Shown here: in pieces, positions 15,001 to 31,486 of the stretch
Numbering within the stretch: position 1 is the first letter of the stretch
Layout: each line of letters opens with the position of its first letter
Assembly: GCF_009914755.1 (NCBI RefSeq)
Contig: NC_060934.1
Strand: one strand, 5' to 3'
Source of the DNA: the human T2T-CHM13v2.0 reference genome, Homo sapiens
DNA: 64,000 nt
Notes under the pieces: generated by a model
Seen by the model: the letters and a program-made list of their open reading frames with translations, nothing else
What the model was told of the DNA's origin: nothing
The model's database searches: none
Position numbers and translations under genes: made by a program

Positions 15001-15719
15001 CAGACAGTCACGAGCCACTTCCCTGCACTCGAGGCCACTGTGTTGCCACTGTCCTGCTGCCAGAGGCAGGGCCGTGGGCCTCATGACCACAGGGGTAGCT
15101 GGTCGCCTGGCCCACCTGCCTGTTCCACCCACTGCAGCTAGGCTATGGATGTGACTGTCCAAAGAGTGTGAGGCAGCAAGGGATGGAGCTTCTTTTCCCA
15201 GGGACAAAAGGAACTGCACGGAGGGTGTCAGCACAAAGCTGCCCTAGCCAGCCTTTCCTAGTTGATCACACCAGTCATTAATCCACATGCAGAACGCAGT
15301 TTGGGTCCGGGCTCCAGGCTCCACAGTCATTGCCATGTTTTCACGGGCCTGATAAATGATTCTGCTATAAAGACTTGAAGGGCAACTGTGCAAAGTGGTT
15401 CTGAGCAAGATTCTTTAAGACCTTTGTACACATTCCCATTGAGTCTGAGGTCACCTTGGGACCAGGGGAAGGAGAAGCTGGCAGTGTTGGGAAGCCAGAG
15501 GTCTTTGGTCTGGAGTCACAGGAAGCCTGTAAGGTCTTGTTCCCAAAAGTCAGAGGAGCAGGGCCTTGGAGAGCATTTAGTCCATGTTTTTCACAGTATA
15601 TGAGAGGAGGCTTGGGTCCAGACAGAAGAAGGCAGTAGCTCAAGGTTGACCAGGATTAGTCTTGTTCTGGGGCTCTTAAGACTGCCTGGCCTTTTGGAAC
15701 CCTGTTACAACACATTGCA

Positions 15720-16150
15720 TCACATGCATTATCTCATTTTAATCTCCACACCAACCCAAGGAGGTGGGTGTTATTAAGGCCATTTTACAGATGAGGAAAT
15801 CAAGGCCCAAGTGGCAGAACTGGGATTTGGCCCCAGATACTTCCATATTATTTCATGAGCTTCCCTTTAATATTAAGACCATCTTTATATCTTCCAGAGC
15901 ACCTTCTCTTCCATGTATAGTTTGTTTGTCTGGTGGCCATAATTCCTGAGCCAGCAATTCCTGACTGGATGGTCAGTCTAACCTCAGATAGGCGAGGTTC
16001 AAATCCAACTCCACCATTTAGTAAGTCTGACGTGGAGCAAGTCATGCAATTGTTGAAACCTTAGTTTCTACTTTGTAAATTAGGGATAATAATGCCTAAT
16101 TACAGGACATTTTTTAAGGATGAAATGATACAGTCCTTGGAAGACACTTA
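15720..16150. mobile_element. Two MIR remnants (minus ~15720-15840; plus ~15980-16150)
   Basis: cattttacagatgaggaaatcaaggc; ggttcaaatccaactccaccatttagtaag...ccttagtttc. Confidence 0.65.
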
Positions 16151-16342
16151 TTATATTAACAAGGATGTAAGTGGTAGCTCTAATTTTTTATTATTATTGA
16201 TAAGGAGTGCCAGTATTTGATACTGAGTCTTACCCTGAAAACCTGGAATTATGTTTGTTGCAACTTAGTGCAGTCTGATTAATGCAATAATTTTTGGCTG
16301 AGATCTAAAGAAGGCATGGCTATTATTATAATCTTAATAGGT

Positions 16343-16422
16343 TTTATTTTTATTTTTTATTTTTATTTCCATAGGTTTTTGGGAAACAGGTGGTGTTTGG
16401 TTTCATGAATAAGTTCTTTAGT
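16343..16422 (-). mobile_element. Very short L1PB-type 3' end
   Basis: ataggtttttgggaaacaggtggtgtttgg...ataagttctttagt with T-rich tail. Confidence 0.75.
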
Positions 16423-16824
16423 TGTTACCATAATAGGTTCATTGCCCGATGCACACAGCAAGTCAACATGCCAAGACATGGGAGACACGGGTTGCAGCAG
16501 ATAAAGAGATTTGATCATAGGGTCAAGGAATCAAGATATGGGAGGGGACCTCAAATCCATCTCCTCAAGGAAGTTGGGGTAGGAGTTTTAAGGGTTTTGG
16601 AGTGGACCAAAGTGTGGAGGTGGAAGAGTGAAGGGTGAAGTCACTGGGCAGGTAGAAGCAGCAGCTGTATTCTCATGCTAATCCCCTTCCTCTCTCAGGG
16701 TCTTCAAACTGGTTGCTGGAATTGGGGCCTGAAAAACATCTTAAGTGATCCTTCAACAAAAGCCTTATGATTCTAATGATAGAGATCCTGTATGTGGGAA
16801 CAATGGGGATGCAAGTCAATTCTT

Positions 16825-17127
<303 letters not shown>

Positions 17128-17347
17128 TAAACAGTCTTATGATCCTAATGTCAGAAATCTCGTCTACAGGAACAAGGGGATACAATTGGTCAGGATCTAG
17201 TGCTGCATGACTTTCAGCAACAAGGAAGTGAGCCAAAGTGCAGCCTGATTAATGCTTAATTCTAAGTATATTTCTGTCCAGAACTCAGCATGCAATTCTT
17301 GTCAACTCTATAGGAATGGTTTCATTATCATTTCATTTATTAAGGTC

Positions 17348-19878
<2,531 letters not shown>

Positions 19879-19983
19879 TGCACAGGCATTTAATAGCAAC
19901 TCTGCTATTAGGCCAGGTGCTGCTGGGCACTTTCACCTCAATGTGTTTCTCTAAGCATTGTGATGAGTGGATGCAGAATGGGC

Positions 19984-20293
19984 TTTTTTTGTTGTTGTTA
20001 GAGATGGGGGTCTCTCTCTGTCACCCAGGCTGGAGTGCAGTAGCAGGATCACGGCTCACTACAGCCCTGCAGCCTTGAACTCCTGGGCTCAAAGTATCCT
20101 CCCATCTCAGCCTCCTGAATAGCTGGAACTATAGGTGTGCACCACCACACCCACCTAATTTTTAAATTTTGTGTAGAGATGGGATCTCACATATATTACC
20201 TAGGCTGGTCTCGAAATCCTGGACCTCAAGCTATCCTCCCACTTTGGCCTCCCAAAATGTTGGGATTACAGTCATGAGCCACCGCACCTGGCC
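19984..20293 (-). mobile_element. AluJ
   Basis: Dimeric Alu; degenerate TSD gaatgggcttt/gagtgggcttt. Confidence 0.88.
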
Positions 20294-20319
20294 TGAGTGG
20301 GCTTTGATGTAGAAGATCT

Positions 20320-20460
20320 TAGCAGGAATCCCAGCTCCACTCTCATTTGTGGTGTGATCTTGGGCCAGGCACCTGATCTCTCTGAGCCTCAGTTTCCTTA
20401 TCTACAAAGTAGAGAGTATAACAGTAAAAGTACTTGACGTGGTGGGCTTGGCACTTGGCA
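20320..20460 (+). mobile_element. MIR
   Basis: aatcccagctccactctc...tgtgatcttgggc...tctctgagcctcagtttccttatctacaaa. Confidence 0.75.
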
Positions 20461-22713
20461 GATTCTAACCCAATCCATCTTGCTGCCTCCTTCTCCCAGG
20501 CTTGGATGCATCTGGAGATTCTCTTCCCTAGGATAGCCCCTTTGACTCTGGGGGGTAATGTTGAGTGTTTCCTGTCTTAGGGGTCCCCTCAGGGACAGAA
20601 TCAGGACTAGGCAGTACAAAGAGCTCACATTCAGCCAGGGCTTTCCTGAGGTTGAACCAGCTCCTTGATACCTACCCTGTTTTGGGGGACCCAGATGTTA
20701 TAACTCTCCTCACCTGGGGCCGGTCCCACTTGGGCATGGATGGGACATTCAGCTCAGGGCTCACATTATCAAAGACTTCAGATATGGACTTTTGAGGTCA
20801 TTGCCCCATGAGGTTATACTTGCAGCCCCAGAGCTGGCTGGTGGGCCTGAAAGAAGATGTATGTGTTGGGGTTTTGAACTCATACCTCAGTCCTGCCCCT
20901 CATTACCAGCCATGCTCTTGACTTCGACTTCATACTTGTCAGGAATACAGGATTTATTTTTATGATCAGCAAAATCACATTGCATTGCACTTTATTTTGG
21001 GTTGGTGGGTTAAAACAATATATTGGTAAATGCACACATTGAAAATTCTTCACTTTTTTTTGGTTTGCATTCTGGCTTTGGCAGTTCTTCATTTTTCACT
21101 CTACTCTGAGCTTCTGGAAGGGGAAGTAGCCTGAGTTGATCTTAATCACATGAAAGCTTTGCCCCTAACCTTCCTTTTTATCTGGGTCTCCTGTATTTGA
21201 ATAGAGGCTTTTCCCTGTTGAAGCCCCGTCCCGTTCATTACCTCCTGCAATGCTCTCAACAGATCTCTGAGTGAGGTATTATTATTCTGCTCTGATTCAA
21301 CCAGGATGCATGGGCGAGCAGGTTATTGCCACCATCCACTCCAATTGGTCAGGGCCCGTGCTGTACTGATGGTTACCTATTTAAATAGTAAACCTGATTA
21401 TCCCCATTTTACAGATGAGACAACTCAGATAGGGGAAGAATGTGTGTGAAGCCAGGCAGCTGAAACCAGGGCCTCTAACTCTGAGAACCTGTGAGCTTTT
21501 CCCTCTGTCCAAGCTCCCCCTCTTTATGGAAGGTTTAGTCACACTGGCTTTAAAGACCCCATTACAATATCTCAGTTTCTTTTCTTTTTACCACCTCGGA
21601 AGTGGCTGTAAAAATATTAAAACCAATTGCCATCATCTTTCAGACTGCTGCATTTATAAGATGTAGCTTTCAAATGAATGGAAATAATCGAAACTCCCTC
21701 CCTGTTCCATTCTGTGGGGCCATTTCAGATTTATACAATATTTCTGAAAGCTCTTATAATAGAGCATATGCACTTAGGGCATTAATGAAGTCGGCTCAGT
21801 GCTTGCTGGTCTCATTTCATGGAGCTAATTGTTAAGTGTTTTGCATACTTACAATTGAACTAAATTATTCCAAGCTAGCTGGTTTCAGGAAGTGTTAATT
21901 ATATTTCAGTAAAGGAAAATCAAGGCTAAAAAATCATCCACTTAGAGCTTATCTATTTATGAACATCTCATTCTGGAGATCTCAAACATATATTTTAACG
22001 CCATGTGAATATTGAGATTAATATTTCTTAACCAAAGAAACCTTTATTTCTTCCTTGAATAGGGACCCTCATCCCATCCTTCCACTTTTATTTAGCAGTC
22101 TAGTCTGGAAGTTGAAAGAAACCTTCCTTTGTATTTCTGGCACCTTGAATCTTTAAGTTGGATGCCAAGAACAGCATTAGCTCCATTCATCTGGAGAGCA
22201 ACTGGCCTTCTGTAACTGATATTAAGTAATTAATTTATGGGTCCTGCACAGGCCATTTAGGACCAAGTGCTCCCTTGCTTCTGGGGTTTGAGGAAATCAC
22301 TGGGACAGTTTTCACCTGGGACTTAGCTTGGAGGGGCTGAGTGGTGAAGGGTTGTCACTCAGGTCTTAGTTCAGGGGCAGGTGTGGGGGTGGGGAGTGGG
22401 TGGGAGTGGGATGTGAGGTCCCAGTTGGGGAGGGGAGTCTGTAACACCTGCATTGTCCTCTCCCACCCTTCTCTTCCTCCTTTTTGGATCAGCAGGGCTG
22501 AATGAATGCCTGAATGAAGTGCTCCGAGCTTTTTTTGTATCTGATGCTCAATTTCTCTGCCACTTGTTTTGAACTTTCTGTTTATTCACCATGCATGCAT
22601 TCATTCGCTCACTGAGCGCACACATATGAAGCTAAGGAAGGCCCATCACTCGAGAGCACTGGGCCAGGGCCTGCTAGGGAGAGCTGAGACTGGCAGAGCC
22701 CCCACCTTCCGAA

Positions 22714-23362
<649 letters not shown>

Positions 23363-23462
23363 TAGAGAATAACCAATATGTGTTAAGATGTGGATGCTGG
23401 TGGTTAGTTGGGCTCAGGTGTCTGCTGCACAACTCCCCCTGCATGCCAGCCTTCCCACCTGA

Positions 23463-23853
<391 letters not shown>

Positions 23854-24434
23854 GGAATTAATATTTAAGAGTAGTGATATGAATGTGATCTCAGTGTTAA
23901 GTCTTCACAGGTCCAGGTCTGCCCAAAGCTTATACAGGCCTGAGCTTGGTCCCTGGGCACTAAGCGAGGCATGCCCCACAGGCAGAGAGGAGAAGGGGAT
24001 CAGGAAAGGTCACAGGGGTTGGTGAGTTGACAGTTCACTTGGGGTCTTGAAGGATGAATCATTTTCTAGCACTGGAGCGATGGTGGGATGAGGGACATTT
24101 TGAGCAGAGGGAACAGTCTTTGTAGGCATGGAGGTGAGAAAGGGCAGGACTGGTTCAAAGAACAGAGAGAAGGGTGCAGACGTTGCTTTGTATGTCTGCG
24201 TGCTGGGGGGCAGGAGGAAGAATGGCAGGAGATGAAGCTGTATTACAAAAACCTTGAGCGTGAGGCTGAAAAGTTAGACTTTATTCTGAAGTAAAGGTGA
24301 TAGAGGATCACTTGACATTTTATAGGAGTGAGGAGTGACTCAAAAACTGCTATTGAGTGGGGCTGGGGCTACAGAAGAAGTCTGGCAGTGCTGGGAGCCA
24401 AATGGGAGGTAAAATGAATGAAAGAGAAATAAAA

Positions 24435-24570
24435 AAATTAGTTCTTCAGTAGTAGCAGCCACATCCCAAAGGCTCTATGGTCACATGCAGGCCGTGGCTA
24501 CCACTGGACAGTGCAACTGCAGAACTTCCCCATCCTTGCAGAAAGTTGTGCAAGACAGTGCTGGTCTAGA
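24435..24570. mobile_element. MER3-like hAT fragment
   Basis: gtggctaccactggacagtgc...agaacttccccatccttgcagaaagtt...gacagtgctggtctag. Confidence 0.65.
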
Positions 24571-26179
24571 AGGGGCCCATGGTGTCTGCATGGGCATATC
24601 CCCTTGGATTCACAGATTCCTCACCTCGGGGAGAGAGGGGTGTGGCCACAGGAGGACCAGAGTGGAACACTCTAAAAGTGGAGGGCATGCTTGTTGCCCA
24701 AGGTCAAGGACAGTTGGCAGGTGGTGCTGAGTTGGAAGGTCATTAGACTCAGGGCCTGGGGCTGCCATGTTTGGGTGGCTGGGAAGGCTGAGTGCAGGGA
24801 GATGAGAAGCCTGTCTGTGTAGAGAGAGGGAGCAAGGCAACAGACCTGCATCCCTGCATGTGACAGAAGCAGAGAGAATGGGGCCCTGATGGACTTCCAT
24901 TCCCGTGACACCTGGGTATCTTCAAATTAATGCTGCCCCCACTTTTACCCAAGATAGTTTGAGTGGGTTTTTGTTTCTTGCAACCCCAATGATGAGGAGT
25001 GGTTGACTCCCCGTCACCCAGCCCAGGACGGGGCACACACCAGTGTTCCACCAAAGCTCGTTGAGCTGTCAAGTGAACGTGGGACAAGCAGAGGGAGGGA
25101 GAAGGCTGGGGGCTGCCCCTTTTTCCTCCTCCCACCCCCTCGAATGCAGATGGAGATACTGGGGACGGGAACCTGAAAGATGTTCCCTTTTCCCTTCACC
25201 TTTGGCACCTGGAATGTGGTTCCCCTCCATCCCAAGCTACACGTGTGCATTGGTGGTGCTGTCTGTGATGTCTTCCCTCACATCACCAAGGGCTCACGTC
25301 AATTCAGGTGGCAGTTTAGAACCAATTAAAATGTATAAGCCACAGGTAGTGAGTGAAATCCCAAGGATTAATTTGCTCAGTGGAGTGTTAATCTGTGTAA
25401 TGTCATAGGCGCTTCTTCAAACAATGCGGCAAGATGGAGCCGGGAGGTTCTTCCCCACCCCTGTTTTCCTGTAAATGCCCTAGTTGGTCCCCCTGGGCTG
25501 GGTGGGTGTGGCTTCATCTCCTCTGAGCGCTGGGAAGGGCTGAGTTAGCTTTTTGGGCCCCCACCCGAGCCTCCTAGAACCCAGTCCTCCTCCTTGCTAC
25601 TGGGCAGGGCCGCCAACCACACTGGCAGAGATAGGCCCTCTCCTCTCTGTCCAGCCTTCCTTTGCTCTGTGCTTCCTTTCTGCATTGCCCCTGGGGCAAG
25701 GTACGGGAAGGCACAGTAATGGGCAGATCCAACCTGCCCCCAGGACTTGCTTCCCAGGGCTTTGTAATTAGAATCCTTCCCAATTAGCAGGTAGAGTGGA
25801 TCAGCATCCAAGTTAATAACATGGCGATGCCCACCTGTCCAGCCAGTCCCCCTGCCTCCAAGACAGCCCAAAGAGCAGGAGAGAGGACTTACTAATGATG
25901 AGCTGCATGTCCAATCACAGCCCCATGGCTGGCTGGTTGTGAGCCTGTCCACTGAGTCTTGGTGCTGGGATTCAGGAGACCTGTGTTCTAATTAAATTCC
26001 TTCCCCCACCAGAGCTTAGCTCAAGAAAACCTTGTCTCAAGGGAGCTCGGTTTTCACCTGGAGAATCTAAACGTCAGTGTGTGCAAGTCAGAGCACTCAC
26101 TTTGCAGCCAGTGACACTGGACCCTGGCTTATGTGGCTTGTCTGGAGAGCTAGGCAGTGGCCAACAGTGGGAGCCATTT

Positions 26180-26410
26180 AATAGAATGGCTAAGAATTAT
26201 CGCTTTGGAGCCAGACAGACCTAGATTCAAGTCCTTTCTCTGAACGTAGTAGCTGATGCCCTTAAGCACATTTTAAAACTTCTCTGAGCTTGTTTCTTAT
26301 TACTAGAATGGCGATCAAAATACCTACATTGCAGAGTTGCATGACGTATATGAAGTGGTAGCACAGTACTTGCAAATAGCCATCCCTTAACAAGCGGTGG
26401 CTTGTATTAT
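26180..26410 (+). mobile_element. MIR
   Basis: agaatggctaaga...ctttggagccagacagacctagattcaagtcc. Confidence 0.75.
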
Positions 26411-26589
26411 TGTCGTTAATAGTAATGATAACAAAAGTATCCTTAAATGTCCTGAGCCCCAGCCTTCATGCTGTCTGGTCCCTATCAACCTCCCCTGCCA
26501 ATAAAAAAGACCTGTTCTGTCTACCTTACCTGTGGGCTCTGACAATGAGGTGGGACAATGGATAGGATAGCTTTGAAAAGGATATAATT

Positions 26590-26827
26590 GACCAGGCGTG
26601 GTAGCTCACACCTGCAATCCTAGCAGTTTGGGAGGCCAAGGCCAAAGCAGATCACTTGAGGTCAGGAGTTTGACACCAGCCTGGTCAACAAGGTGAGACC
26701 CCGACTCTACTAAAAATACTAAAATTAGCCAGAAATCGCTTGAACCTGGGAGGCAGAGTTGCAGTGAGCCAAGATCGTGCACTCCAGCCTGGGCAACATA
26801 GCGAGAATCCGTCTCAAAAAAAAAAAA
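26590..26827 (+). mobile_element. AluS with an internal deletion in the right arm
   Basis: aaaattagcc is joined directly to agaaatcgcttgaacc; TSD-like aaaagg(a)tataattga. Confidence 0.85.
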
Positions 26828-28037
26828 GGTATAATTGATATTTAAGCATAAATAATTATTATTACCATTTAGCTTTAAATGGAAGGCCCCAGAATTCTCT
26901 GGGGATGGCTCACTCACTCTGATGACATGGGGAAGGAAGTTCAGGACAGAATTTCCTCTTGGCTTCAGAAGACTCTGCATTGGGGTGAGCATTGTTAATT
27001 CAACTTCATTATTGCCAGCAACAGAAATTGATCTAGCTGATTTAAGTAGTAAAGAAATTTGTTGAAAGAGAATATGATCATTTGGAGCGTTAGTGGGAAA
27101 ACTGGGGAACCAGGATGAGGGTGGCTGGGCACTAAGACCCCAGTCTAAACTGTGCTGTAGGGAAAACTTAGCATGCAGCTTATGTTCTTTATGGACGTGT
27201 ACCTGGACCACACCCTGGTGCCCTGTGAACATAGGTGCTGCCTAAACCGTTGAGATTCATTCTCTCCTGACTCTGTCTGTCTAAGTCACCTGTAAGTCCT
27301 GGGTATCTGTTTGGCTCTTCCTTGGTGATATGCTAGAGTCTAGTTATATAGAGGAGCAGGGAAATTTTAAACAAGTGTTAGACCTGTACTGTTTTCTGTA
27401 TTAGGAGGAGGACTCTGCTCCCTGAAGACCCAGGTGGTAGGAGAGCTGCAGGGGCTTCCTATTCACCGCACCTTTCTTTCTTGCATTCCTTCCAGGGAGG
27501 ATTATGTTGACCCCTTTCTGCCCATGAGAAAATGGAGGCGCCTTTCTTCCCAGACCTGCCTAAGATCAAATCGCTGGTAAGTGGCTGAGCCAAGATGATA
27601 GAACTCAGTTTGCTGGCTCCAGATCCTGTCCAATGCAAATGGTGGAAAGAGGTTGTTGGTTGCTAATGACCTGAACAGGGGATGGGCGGCACCCTCTTAT
27701 GGCCCAGAGAGCTTTCCTTGCCTTGCCCGAGCTGCAAGAGCTCAGGGTCCCAGATTCAAGATCTGGATTAGTTAGAGCTGGCAATTCTCAGGCAGTCGCT
27801 GACCTTGCAGAACTTCCTTGGGCTGGTGCCACTGCTACTTCCTTGCAGGGAGGAGGAAGATGCTTCTGGAGTGCTGGAGGAGGTTCTGCCATGACCTGGT
27901 CCCATTTTCCTCTTCTGATTACCAAGTGCCAATGAGGTCAGACAACTGATCAAAGTGAACATCTCTGCCTATTGAAATCCCCCTCTTCCTTCAGATCCAG
28001 GTCAAATGCCCCTCTCTGTGAAGGTTTCCTGATCAGC

Positions 28038-28195
28038 CCCGGTGGGCTGGATCTTTTAATTTTAGTTTTTAAATTTAAAAAAATTTTAATTTTTATTTAT
28101 TTTATATTTGTGTAGGTTTTTGGGGGAACAGGTGGTGTTTGATTACATTACTAAGTTCTTTAGTGGTGATTTCTGAGATTTTGGTGCACCCATCA
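28038..28195 (-). mobile_element. Short L1PB-type 3' end
   Basis: taggtttttgggggaacaggtggtgtttg...taagttctttagtggtgatttctgagattttggtgcacccatc. Confidence 0.8.
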
Positions 28196-28196
28196 A

Positions 28197-28498
28197 TCTT
28201 TTTCTTATTTTTTAGAGACCGGGTATAGCTCTGTCGTCTAGGCTGGAGTGCAGTGGTGCAGTCACTCCTCACTGTAACCTTGAACTCCTGGGCTTAAGTC
28301 ATCCTCCCTCCTCAGTTTTCCAAGTAGCTGGAACTACAGGTGCATGTCACCAAGCTCAGCTAATTTTTAAAGTTCTTTTATAGAGATGGGGACTCACTGT
28401 ATTGCCTAGGCTGGTCTCGAACTCCAGAGATTAAGTGGTCTGCCTGCCTCAGCCTCCAAAAGTGCTGGGATTACAAGTGTGAGCCACCATGACCAGCC
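28197..28498 (-). mobile_element. AluJ
   Basis: Complete diverged Alu. Confidence 0.88.
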
Positions 28499-29014
28499 AT
28501 GGATCTCTTTATTCTTGCATTGCTGGAGTCCCAGGCAGAGTGAGATATTAATCCTTTCCTCAGAGTCGGCAGCCAGGACTTGGATTCCTTGATATTGCCC
28601 ACCCCATGGCAAATTATAGGTGCACAGTAATGTTTTATAAAAACAGAAAGGTCTCCTGCTTTTATGTCTCCTCTCCACAGATATAAGTGCTTTATGGTGA
28701 GGGGATTCATGTGGCTAGAACAGGGGGTATGTGGCAGGGTAGCTGGAGGTGTGGCAGGGTGGCTGGAGGCTAGACAGGGCTCAGTGTTGGGGCTTGCTGA
28801 AGGAGGCCCTGTATTCTCCAGGCTGCAAGGAGGCTTGATCCTGTGGGCAGTGGGAGCCATCGGAGGTGCTCTGTCAACCTGTGCTGAGAAGTGGGCTCTG
28901 GCAGTGGTAAGGTGAGAAGCCCAGGGCTAAAGGTAAAGTCTGGATGAGGACAACCAGGGGTGCTTGATGAGTCTGAATTAGGCATGGGGAGGCCAGTGCT
29001 GGAATTAGCAGTCA

Positions 29015-29387
<373 letters not shown>

Positions 29388-30575
29388 TCACATTGCCCGG
29401 TGGCCTCTGATGGGCTGGGCAGTGTGTAATACAGTGAAAAGGGGTTCAGGAGAATTCTCAAAACCCCAGGGGCACACCCTTTTCAAAAGGAGGGGCAATA
29501 GCAACTCTATAGACTACAGAGGAGGCTAGTCTGTGGGGGGCTGAAGATAGGTGGCTGGAATGGGCAGCGAGGAGGCCCATGGCAGCCCGGTGTGATGGTT
29601 TTCTAGGGCATGATGGTGGCAGGATTGATGCTGCTGCTCGAACCACACAACTAGTTGGAAATGCAAACACTGCTGGACCTGGCACAGCACGACTCGGCAT
29701 TGCTAATTAGCCCTGAGATTATTCCTTGCAAGGAAGCAACTCCATCACACCTGACTTATGGCTGAACTACCTGAGCAGGAGGCAGGTTGAGTTCGTGGCT
29801 GCTGGTGGACACCTTTCGCCTTGATTTTTTTTCAGAAATGCCCCAAACAATCACCCAGCTCCTACCTCCTGGTCCTACCTCTCCAGGGTGACAGTTCTTA
29901 AGTCTTATTAGTTAACAGAGGGACTGATTTGCGGAACAGAAAAGTCATGAAGAGAGAATGTGGTGTAAATGTTAATCGTTTTTTTAACTTCGCATTATGT
30001 GATCCGTTAACATTAATATTTAATTTAATGCAGTCAAAAGATTAATGCATGTGTTTATTTCTAAAAAAGGCAAGGATGCTTCAGGCTGCTTTTCAGCTTG
30101 GTTGAGCTTTGGGAAAAAAAGAAAAAAAACATCACCACAACAACCCACCCAGCCCAGAAGAAATGTATTCATGCCATAATAATACAAGTATCCTCTCTCC
30201 CACCCGCTCTCCCTCCTCAATTCCTAAAAATAAGCCACAGGGTTCTAATGGGGACCCTGATTAAATATTCGGCTCTGTAATTTATGCCCAAGTGAATCCC
30301 AACAGGAACCAGAGGCCCTGGAAATCTGTTGTGAAATAATTATCCTGAATGACATTGTGGAGATGGTCTGCGAGGGTGCTGTCAATAATGCATTAGCCCA
30401 AATCTGTTTGAAATACAGCAAGGAAATTACACGATATTCATGGGAACCTGAAAGAATTATCAGTAAACAAATTTAATCAACTTGATGTTATGCATACCAC
30501 TCAACCTCTTATTATCTGATCATCTAGGTTTAGAACACGCAGGGGAATTGAATGACGTGGGATGCAAGGCTGAGG

Positions 30576-30576
<1 letters not shown>

Positions 30577-30615
<39 letters not shown>
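30577..30615. repeat. (TG)n microsatellite
   Basis: Seen directly. Confidence 0.95.
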
Positions 30616-30617
<2 letters not shown>

Positions 30618-31486
30618 GCTTGGTGGAATTGGCCTCAGATCTTTGCATTTCTTCTCCTTAGCAGCATTTCATTTGCATTTTTCTCTAGGCCTGATTGTTG
30701 GCTGCCAGCTTTCATCCCAGCCTGGCCCCTGAACTCCCATTTTTTTCCCCCAGTGTCAAAGCCATCTTTAGAAAAGTCAGCTGACTGCCCACCCATCCTC
30801 CAGATCCCTTCTGTCTTTCAGAGAAGGAGTGGCTGCCTCTGCCCAATATTTCAGAAGCAAAGAGGTAGGGTGGAGAGGAATTGAGTGCTGTTATCTGGAG
30901 AGATGCTTCTACCATAGAAGAAAGAGCCCTGTAACCTCATGGTGGGAGTGAGGATCTGCTGCTAATTTGTTGGGTGATCTTATTTAAGTCCCTTTCCATC
31001 TCTGGGCCTTAGTTTTTCCATCTGTAAAATGGAACTTGGGATGGATGGTCTGTGTGATTTTATGACACCTTGGTAGAAGCTTGGCAGCATCTCATTTGCT
31101 GGATTGTTCTCTTTGTCCTCTGGAACCTGATGGGTATCCAAGAGGAAAGGAGCTTTCTCAAGATCTTATGGGAAGGTGGAGGCAGAGTCAAGATGAGAGC
31201 TTTCAGATCCACTTCTCACAACCCCTCCACCCCCAAAGTCAGAACATTGCTTTTCCTCTGCACTAAAAGCCCTGGGAAGCATTTTGGAGTCTTTATTTTA
31301 AACTTAGCTCTTGGGTTTGCTGAGAGGGGACTTGGGTTGTCCTTCCCAGGTCTACAAATCCCTTTCAATTTCTAGACCTCAGCTTCCCACTCTCCACACG
31401 ACAAAGGGGTTGGATGAGGCGGCCTTTCAGAGACCTCTTATCCCAGCTTTGATATTCTACACTGTTATCTATGTTTTAAATTCCTT

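Noticed and set aside
26606-27232. 208-aa minus-strand ORF
   Set aside because: The C-terminal third is antisense Alu and the rest lies in degenerate sequence with no recognisable domain.
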